DNA of 64,000 nt from Macrostomum lignano (taxonomy: Eukaryota): the NCBI GenBank assembly GCA_002269645.1, contig NIVC01002267.1:94247-158246 (forward strand). The letters run 5' to 3'. The notes beneath the pieces were generated by a model. It saw nothing but the letters and a program-made list of their open reading frames with translations. It ran no database searches and was not told where the DNA came from. This document shows positions 55,505-64,000 of this stretch, piece by piece. A program made the position numbers and the translations under genes. Each line of letters begins with the position of its first letter. Within the stretch, counting starts at the first letter, position 1.

Positions 55505-58500
55505 TCACGTAACTTTCCAATGCTCCAACGGCAGAGACTCCAGACGCCTGAACGTGGCGCGAATTCGCAGCAGAACCACAATGCCCAGGATGAAGCACAG
55601 GCCAGACTGGATGTAGTACCCATCCACTAGGGTGATGCAGGACGACTCAGACTCCAGGCTTGGGGTGCTGCACGACTTGATTGATATGTAGTCAACCACG
55701 AATAGCAGGAAAGTGACTGGAGCGCTGCCGGCTGAGGGGAAATATTTATTAACAATAGTTATGTATCTGCATAAAGCTTAAGCATTATTGTTCAAGAAAT
55801 GTCTTATAAGGAAAAATAAGAAATAGAAAAGACTTCTGCTTGGATGAATTTTTGCTAAGGGAGGGATAATCAGTAGGTGGACAACTCGGTTGCTAGGGAT
55901 AGATTGATCGGTTACTGGGGCAAATAGTTGGATTGCTATGGATAGATATCTCGGTTGCTAGGGGAGATACCACGGTTGCTAAGGGTAGATAACTTAATTG
56001 CTAGGCTTAGATAGTTCGGTAATTCGGTTGCTATGGGGTAGATACGAGCGTAAGCTTGGTTGCTAGGGCAAACAGTTGGGTTGGGTTGCTATAAAATTGG
56101 TATATCTATGGCTAGACAGCTCGGTTGGTAGGGGTAGATAGCTCGGTTGCTATCGATATATAGCTCGGTTGCTATGGATATATAGCTCGGTTGCTATGGA
56201 TATATAGCTCGGTTGCTATGGATATATAGCTCGGTTGCTATGGATATATATAGCTCGGTTGCTATGGATATATAGCTCGGTTGCTATGGATATATAGCTC
56301 GGTTGCTATGGATATATAACTCGGTTGCTAGGGCGTAGTTAACTCAGTTGCTTGGGATTGATAGCTCGGTTGCTAGGGTAGATAGCTATAGGTTGCTAGG
56401 AGTGGATAGCTCGGTTGCTAGGGCTAGACAGCTCGGTTGCTAAGGCTAGATAGCTTAGGTAAGTGGGTTGGCTAAAATTGGTATATCTATAAATTTAGAA
56501 CTCAAGAAGATTCCAATAAAATCAGAATCCAACATTCGACAGTCTCACCTAGATTAGTAACGGTATTAAGCAGAGTCATATAAGTGCCGCCAACATTCGG
56601 ATCGGACACTTTAGCGTGGAAAGCCATCTGAGACACGAACATGGCGTACATGAACACCTGATGGGCCAGATAGGCAACGGTCACTAGCAGGAAATAGTGC
56701 CAAGGATAGCTGGCATCGTGGGCAGATTTAAACCGAGGCGTTATCCAAACTAAGCCGGCAAACAGCAGGCCCAACAGCAGCCTGGGCAGGGCACTCTTTG
56801 TGTACAAAGACAATGGCCGATTGCCAACGTGTCTACTTAGCAGCACAGGCAGAACCAGTTGAAACGGCGTGACAACAACGCCTAAAAGTGCCAGACGTTC
56901 TTTCGGCACACCGGCTTCGATGAGTTTCAATCCGGTCATGCCGTCGGCGGCAGCGAAAGCCGATTTCAACAGGCACAGGCAGAACAGGTACAGCAGGACT
57001 GGCCGCAGGCGCATGACCTTGGCTAGGATGGCATAGGTCTCCCTAACACCGAGATTGTCGTTATCAACTTCCGAGCTGCTGTTACTGCTGCTAGTTGATT
57101 CTTCCCGACGGAATAGCAGGCAAAATGTGGTGCCAAGGAACACTAGGCCCCAGAAACGGAGGAAACCCGACAGGCTCACCTGCGTGTGTGCAGTTTGGAG
57201 TCATACCGATATTTTATAGTTGGTATAAGCCGCTTTTAGCTACGAGACTCTTAGAATGACTGTTTTGTATGAGCATCCTACAATGACCATTTTGTATGAG
57301 TCTTTTACAATGAGCGTCATGCATGATCCTCTTACAATGACCGTTTTGCATGAGCTCCTTGCAATGACCATTTCATATGAGTCTCTTAGAATGACGGTTT
57401 TACATGAGCTTTTGACAATGACCGTTTTATATGAGTCTTTTACAATGACCGACATGCACGATCCTCTTAGCTCATACAATGATTTTTTTCTATGAGCTTC
57501 CTTAAATGACAGTTTTAATATGAGCCTCTTACAATAACCGTTTTGCATGAGCTCCTGGCAATGACCCTTTTACATGAGCCTTTTACAATGACTGTCATGC
57601 ATGATCCTCTTAGCTCGTAAGTCGTAAATGACATTTTTATATGATTCTCTGACAATGACGCTTGTTATGAAGATATGAGCCTTTTTTAGAAATGACTGTT
57701 TTGTGTGAGCCAGTTGCAATGAGAATTTTGCACCTTTCCAATGAGTCTATTAAAAAAAGCGATGACTCACCAGACCAACAGGCTCAGGCCTGCTCCGCAG
57801 CCAGGTGTTGCAAAAGTCGGCCGACTCCAACGCCAGGAACAGCACGTAGGCAATGAAATAGCCGGCAGTCTGACCAACCGAGTTGCAACCGGATGCCCAA
57901 GCAACATTGCGCCTGCTCAGCATAGTCAGAGCCCAGCCGTCAACAGCAATGTCCTGCGTTGCGGCCAGGAATGTTAGGGAGAAAAATCCCGCCGCCAGAG
58001 GCAGAACTCGAACCGGCCCGGGCGGGTTCTCGCCCAACAGCCAGTCCGTGTAGCTGGCCAATGTGGTCATAGCGGCCGCTAGGCCGAACTGCACCGGTAT
58101 TAACCAGGACTTCCGGCGACCAAATCGAGCCGAGTAGATCGAATCCACCAGCGGTGCCCACAGTAGTTTGAGCGAGAATGGCCAGAATACGAAGGAAAAT
58201 GTACCCTGAGCTGTGTAGCTCACCTGGGCGGCGTGCGGTTATGGGGGTTATTTGGCAAGAAAGTGTCATTGGATGTTAAAATGCTAAACATACCTGGCCA
58301 AAACCTTATCACGCTCAAAGCAATGGGGTCTAGTGGAGAGATTGAACAAACAAATAAAGTCTATAATCACGCGTTTAGTAGACAAATGATCACATTCATT
58401 GGGATCTTATTATTCCGGACAGAAAGTGTGAAGTCGTGAAGACTCCGGGCAGAAAGTGTGAAGTCGTGAAGACTCTGGGCAGAAAGTGTGAAGTCGTGAA

Positions 58501-58986
58501 GACTCTGGGCAGAAAGTGTGAAGTCGTGAAGACTCTGGGCAGAAAGTGTGAAGTCGTGAAGACTCTGGGCAGAAAGTGTGAAGTCGTGAAGACTCTGGGC
58601 AGAAAGTGTGAAGTCGTGAAGACTCTGGGCAGAAAGTGTGAAGTCGTGAAGACTCTGGGCAGAAAGTGTGAAGTCGTGAAGACTCTGGGCAGAAAGTGTG
58701 AAGTCGTGAAGACTCTGGGCAGAAAGTGTGAAGTCGTGAAGACTCTGGGCAGAAAGTGTGAAGTCGTGAAGACTCTGGGCAGAAAGTGTGAAGTCGTGAA
58801 GACTCCGGGCAGAAAGTGTGAAGTCGTGAAGACTCTGGGCAGAAAGTGTGAAGTCGTGAAGACTCTGGGCAGAAAGTGTGAAGTCGTGAAGACTCTGGGC
58901 AGAAAGTGTGAAGTCGTGAAGACTCCGGGCACAAAGTGTGAAGTCGTGAAGGCTCCGGACAGAAAGTGTGAAGTCGTGAAGACTCA

Positions 58987-59023
<37 letters not shown>

Positions 59024-59580
59024 TTGTGAAGGTGCAGTGTAGGGCTGATCACTGGGGCAACTTAGATCGCGAGAACCAGGATGATCTTGGTGAGAATCCG
59101 CAACTGCCTCACCTTCCTAGCCGTGAGAATGTAGGGCACAGAGCCGGCCAGACCCAGCGGTATGCCCTGCAGCACGTACAGAAATGTGAGCAACAGGACA
59201 GATCGCCGATCCTGCGAGCTCATCTCGCCTAGCGACTGAGCAGACAAGTCCCCCATGCCAGCGGGGCCGCCTTCCACGCTCGGCTGATGAGGATTCGAGT
59301 TTTTCACCGGCGAACGAGCCTGCCGTGCCTTCTTGAGCAGTTGAGCAGTTGACGAAGCGGCTTCGGCTTCTTCAGCTTCTGGCGATGTAGAAGTAGTGGA
59401 TCCGCTGGAGTTGTCGGCCTCTTCAATATCGTTATCGTCTGTGAGATCTCCGCTAGTGTTGAGAGGCACTTGTGAGGGAATTTCTATGTCCAAGCTGAGT
59501 CCTTCCACTCGCTGTTGCTGCCTGCTGCTTGACCGGCTGTTGCCGGCGACACGACGCTGGCGGGTGGCTGGGGATGGCAT
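55505..59580 (-). CDS. SLC33A1: Acetyl-CoA transporter 1, 4 exons (59580-59113, 58223-57771, 57179-56549, 55731-55505)
   Basis: LLTFLYVLQGIPLGL, FWPFSLKLLWAPLVDS, ATQDIAVDGWALTML, SDPNVGGTYMTLLNT and C..LVDGYY; GT-AG junctions in phase. Confidence 0.95.
55880..56460 (+). repeat. GGTTGCTA-core minisatellite in SLC33A1 intron 3
   Basis: Includes a homogeneous run of TAGCTCGGTTGCTATGGATATA at about 56150-56320. Confidence 0.9.
57250..57720 (+). repeat. Degenerate ATGACCGTTTT..ATGAG..TTACA minisatellite in SLC33A1 intron 2
   Basis: Recurrent motif with a period of roughly 27-30 bp. Confidence 0.8.
58415..58985 (+). repeat. Highly homogeneous 30-bp minisatellite (GACTCTGGGCAGAAAGTGTGAAGTCGTGAA)
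   Basis: About 19 near-identical units in SLC33A1 intron 1. Confidence 0.97.
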
Positions 59581-59599
59581 GCAAGGGAGTCAGGGGGGG

Positions 59600-60275
59600 G
59601 GCGGAATTGAGTTTAGGCGGGCGAAATCGAGTGTAAGGGGGGGGGCGGAATCGAGTCTAAGGGGGCGGAATCGAGTGTAGGGGGAGGGGCGGAATCGAGT
59701 GTAAGGGGGGCGGAATCGAGTGTAAGGGGGGCGGAATCGAGTGTAAGGGGGGGGCGGAATCGAGTGTAAGGGGGGCGGAATCGAGTGTAAGGGGGGAGGA
59801 ATCGAGTGTAAGGGGGGAGGAATCGAGTGTTAGGGGGCGGAATCGAGTGTAAGGGGGGCGGAATCGAGTGTTAGGGGGCGGAATCGAGTGTAAGGGGGCG
59901 GAATCGAGTGTAAGGGGCGAGGAATCGAGTGTAAGGGGGGAGGAATCGAGTGTAAGGGGGGAGGAATCGAGTGTTAGGGGGCGGAATCGAGTGTTAGGGG
60001 GCGGAATCGAGTGTAAGGGGGCGGAATCGAGTGTTAGGGGGCGGAATCGAGTGTAAGGGGGGCGGAATCGAGTGTAAGGGGGGGCGGAATCGAGTGTAAG
60101 GGGGCGGAATCGAGTGTAAGGGGGGCGGAATCGAGTGTAAGGGGGCGTAATTGAGTGTAAGGGGGGCGGAATCGAGTGTTAGGGGGCGGAATCGAGTATA
60201 AGGGGGGCGGAATCGAGTGTAAGGGGGGCGTAATTGAGTGTAAGGGGGGCGGAATCGAGTGTTAGGGGGCGGAAT
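59600..60275 (+). repeat. About 21-bp minisatellite (GGGGGGCGGAATCGAGTGTAA)
   Basis: Direct periodicity, immediately upstream of the SLC33A1 ATG. Confidence 0.95.
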
Positions 60276-60819
60276 CAGGTGTGCGACACAGTCAATACTA
60301 ATAGATAGTGACATTTTACTATGATAAAATTTCTTTTAAAACCAAAAGTAGCATAAAAAGCAAGTCTAACAACAAAGTATACAAACACGCCATAATCACT
60401 GACAAAATACAACTTTTATTTTTACTTACTCTTCACAAGCAAATCGAGTTTACATTTTGGCATTTGGAACACACCTTGATAAGATATTTATTGAGATAAG
60501 AATTTAAACATTTCTGAGCGGGATTAACACAATAATTTTAGTTCATTAAGCTAAAAACTCTTTCTTTGTAAGCCAGATTACGTAAGTAAAATAAATTTAA
60601 GCAGTAAAGAATCATTTTTTTCAGAGCGATCAAAACGCTTGCATTAGCTATATATAATAGTACATCACAACAGGAATGATTGGCTTTAGACAAAGTACAA
60701 GAATGTTGGCGCAAAAGCGCAGCCAACATGAGTGAAATTTATATTACGCGATCTTAAGTGCGCATAAGCCTAAAATTAATTGCGAAAATTTATGTAACTC
60801 GCGAGCGAACCGGAGAACG

Positions 60820-61175
60820 AACAAACTTTGCAAGTTCCTGCGAACTGAAGTACTAGCAAACTTTTCAAGCTCTCGCGAACTGAAGTACAAGCGAACTTTT
60901 CAAGTTCTCGCAAACTGAAGTACAAGCGAACTTTTCAAGTTCTCGCAAACTGAAGTACTATCAAACTTTTCAAGTTCTCGCGAACTGAAGTACTAGCAAA
61001 CTTTTCAAGTGCTCGCGAACTGAAGTACTAGCAAAATTTTCTACTTCTCGCGAACTCAAGTACTAGCGAACTTTTCAAGTTCTCGCGAACTGAAGTACTA
61101 GCAAACTTTTACTTTTCTAGTTCTCGCGAACTGAAGTACTAGCGAACTTTTCAAGTGCTCGCGAACTGAAGTATT
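60820..61175 (+). repeat. 35-bp minisatellite (CGAACTGAAGTACTAGCAAACTTTTCAAGTTCTCG)
   Basis: Direct periodicity. Confidence 0.92.
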
Positions 61176-61269
61176 TTAGAACTTTAAAAAGTACGCACGA
61201 ACTTAACAAGTGCGAATGAAGTAGCCAAAAAGTTAAACAGTACATTAGAACCGAAGTACCGGCGTACTA

Positions 61270-63654
61270 TTAAGGCATCTGGGTAACGCTGATACACTCG
61301 CGCAACAGTCGCGGTACGGATGCTTCGGTCAAGTCTCTGGGCTGTTTATAAAGTACGCGCCGACGAACGTCTTCGTAGGCGAAGGGCAGCCGCAGCACCC
61401 AAAGGTCGCCGGGGCCAAGCGGAATCGGCTCTGGATTGCCGGGCAAGAACACCGGAGCAGCCGAGACGGACGTCGCGGCCGATTCGCCGCCGGTTTCGGC
61501 TACAGCTGGCGCCGATGAGTCGGGCGACGGGGCAGCGAATCGAACTCGCGGATTGAGCCGAATCCGGACTGGAGCTTGAGGCGCAGCCACCCAGACTCGC
61601 ATTAGCTGAGCAAATGCGCCTTTGGATTTGTGACAATGACACGGTATAAATAGCGGCAGATCTTCGCTAAGCAGCCGTTGAACTCCCTCCTTAACCTGGG
61701 TAGCTTGCATCGCGCCGCGCATCATCTGGCCGGGACTCGATACAAAAAATCGGTGCCCAAACGGGCACTCGTGCTCGAAGCCGAACCAAGCTTTGGCTGT
61801 TGGCTCGCGTCGAGTGCTTCGATATTGAGATGATTGCTGTTGTTGCTGCTGTTGCTGTTGCCACAGTTTACTGGCTACAGGTACATTCCAGGGCAGCAGG
61901 TGATTAGAGCCGCTAGAGAAGCCCGGCTGTCCAATACCGTTAGCGTGGCTGTAGCTGTTGTAGCGGCCAACAGACAGCAGGCACCAGCTTTGGACCAACG
62001 GCAGATAGCGGCCGATCAGGTCCTCGGTCATCATTCCTTTTAATTGCCGGATTGACACCTCAGTGTTATTCGATGCTGATAGCCCAGTCTCTTTAGGCGA
62101 TTCAAGCTTCAAGCATTGCCGTTGTTTCCGCTTTAGATCTGCTTCTTCTTCTAATAATAATTGCTCATCTTCATCGTAGTTGCTGTGCTCGACGGCTAAT
62201 GCTAGGGAGTCCTGCTAGGCAATGTGGCTGACGGCTGGTCCAGCTCGACATCGTCCAACTCTGGACTGCGCAGCGGCGGCAGCAGGTCGCCACTGTTCGA
62301 CAGCTCCTCCGTGTACTGTGGCTGGGCTGCGGGTTTATGGTGGGCGTGGCTGGGGGTTTATGGTGGGCGTGGCTGGGGGTTTATGGTGGATGTGGCTGGG
62401 GGTTTATGGTGGGTGTGGCTGGGGCTTATGGTGGGTGTGGCTGGGTTTATGGTGGGTGGGCTGGGGTTTATGGTGGGTGTGGCTGGGGTTTATGGTGGGT
62501 GTGGCTGCGGGTTTATGGTGGGTGTGGCTGCAGGTTTATGGTGGGTGTGGCTGCGGGTTTATGGTGGGTGTGGCTGCGGGTTTATGGTGGGTGTGGCTGG
62601 GGTTTATGGTGGGTGTGGCTGGTTTATGGTGGTGTGGCTGGGGCTTATGGTGGGTGTGGCGGGGGTTTATGGGGTGTGGCTGGGGTTTATGGTGGATGTG
62701 GCTGCGGTTTATGGTGGGTGTGGTGGTTTATGGTGGGTGTGGCTGGTTTATGGTGGGTGTGGCTGCAGTTTTATGGTGGGTGTGGCTGCGGGTTTATGGT
62801 GGGTGTGGCTGCGGTTTATGGTGGTGTGGCTGAGGGTTTTGTGGTAAGATTAGGTCTGATGATTTAATATTTGGTGTCTGATGGGGTGAGAATAGATTTC
62901 TGGGTGAGATTAGATTTTCCATGGGGTGAGATTAGATGTCTGATGGGATGATATTAGATTTCTAATGGGTGAGATTAGACGTCTGAGGTGAGATTAGACG
63001 TCTGATGGGGTGAGATTAGGTGTCTAGTAAGGTGAGATTTAATGCCTAAATAACGAGGGAGATTAAGCATCAGTGGGTGAGATTCATGCTTTAGACAAAG
63101 CTAACAGTGATTACAATTAGAGCTTTAATGTGAGCTAGGTCGATACAATATACACACTTTTATCCTCGGAGCCTCTCCGCTGATAGACTGGCAGAGGCAC
63201 AGGCTGGTGCTGGCCGCAGCAGCTGTCAATCAGACGGCTATAAAAGTGCACATTGCCTCCTCCCAGTTGAAAGGATCTGTCGGCTTTCAACAGTCGGCCG
63301 CACGAGCAGGCGGCCGCATCGATGTGTAAGACGAATGCGGCATCGCCGGCAGCTGCTGCTGATCAGCCGAGTGCCGGCAGGCTGTGCCGCTCGTTAACGC
63401 ACGATGCGAGGTGACGCTCAGGGCTTCGCACATCTGCCGGCCGCGACAGCCAGACGCTGTTGCAGCGAGCCTCCAATTCAGCCAGGTATTTATCTGCCGG
63501 CCTCGGCATTGTCTAGGAACACCTGCTGGGCCTTGCGAATGCGCTCGGTGTGCACCGATGGCTGTAGTGGCTGCAGGCCCTCGCGATAGACGGACTCGGC
63601 CATGGCAGGGCGCTGGCGCACCGGGTCTCCGAGAATTGCGCACAATGTCGCACC
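61270..63654 (-). CDS. SMG8: SMG8 (NMD factor), 3' part: terminal exon about 62315-61270 and upstream exon about 63654-63150 with multiple frameshifts; the gene continues beyond the window
   Basis: FGFEHECPFGHRFF, LPLFIPCHC and AQLMRVWV in the terminal exon. The upstream exon pieces FSETRCASALP/MAESVY, GRQMCEALSVT, ACSCGR and NVHFY..CCG match SMG8 but lie in shifting frames. Confidence 0.85.
62325..62840 (+). repeat. About 23-bp minisatellite (GGGTGTGGCTGCGGGTTTATGGT) in an SMG8 intron
   Basis: Direct periodicity. Confidence 0.92.
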
Positions 63655-63704
63655 TGAAGTGAAGGGAGATTAAGGTGATAAGCGTTCTTCAGACGCCCCA
63701 GCAA

Positions 63705-64000
63705 CTGAGGATCTAAGAGGTTAAAGCTGACCAAGCAACTGAGGATCTGGAGGCTGACCAGCTACTGACACTCTGGGAGGCTGGCCCAGCACTGAGGATC
63801 TGGGAGGCTGCCCAGCTACTGAGATCTGGGAGGCTGACCAGCAACTGAGGATCTGGGAGGCTGACCCAGCAACTGAGGATCTGGGAGGCTGGCCCAGCAA
63901 CTGAGGATCTGGGAGGCTGACCCAGCAACTGAGGATCTGGAGGCTGCCCAGCAACTGAGGATCTGGAGCTGACCCAGCAACTGAGGATCTGGAGGCTGGT
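63705..64000 (-). repeat. Second array of the 28-bp CAGTTGCTGGGCCAGCCTCCCAGATCC family
   Basis: Reverse complement of the 15570-16320 unit. Confidence 0.92.

Noticed and set aside
58415-58985. CRISPR-like regular arrays (also 20330-20700 and 27220-27418)
   Set aside because: No unique spacers, no cas genes, eukaryotic context; they are plain tandem repeats.

Overview
Eukaryotic (animal) genomic DNA. It is most likely from a free-living flatworm of the Macrostomum type; this is an inference from GC3-rich exons, introns filled with minisatellites and a flatworm spliced-leader-like sequence. Exon structures could be reconstructed by hand for a C2H2 zinc-finger gene, alpha-tubulin, an NDR/STK38 kinase, a tetraspanin, a KIF28-like kinesin-3, SLC33A1 and a partial, frameshift-ridden SMG8. 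There are also three orphan ORFs: a Q-rich one, a small single-pass membrane protein and a TNFR13-like single-pass receptor. The last kinesin intron holds a 5.76-kb full-length LOA-like non-LTR retrotransposon with a 15-bp TSD. Its first nucleotide is the predicted cleavage site of a complete HDV-like self-cleaving ribozyme. The first kinesin intron is a U12-type AT-AC intron. Two tRNA-derived SINE families, a hAT MITE and more than 30 tandem-repeat arrays are present. One SINE family shares a covarying stem-loop with the LINE 3' UTR. All coordinates and pairings were read by eye; no searches were run.
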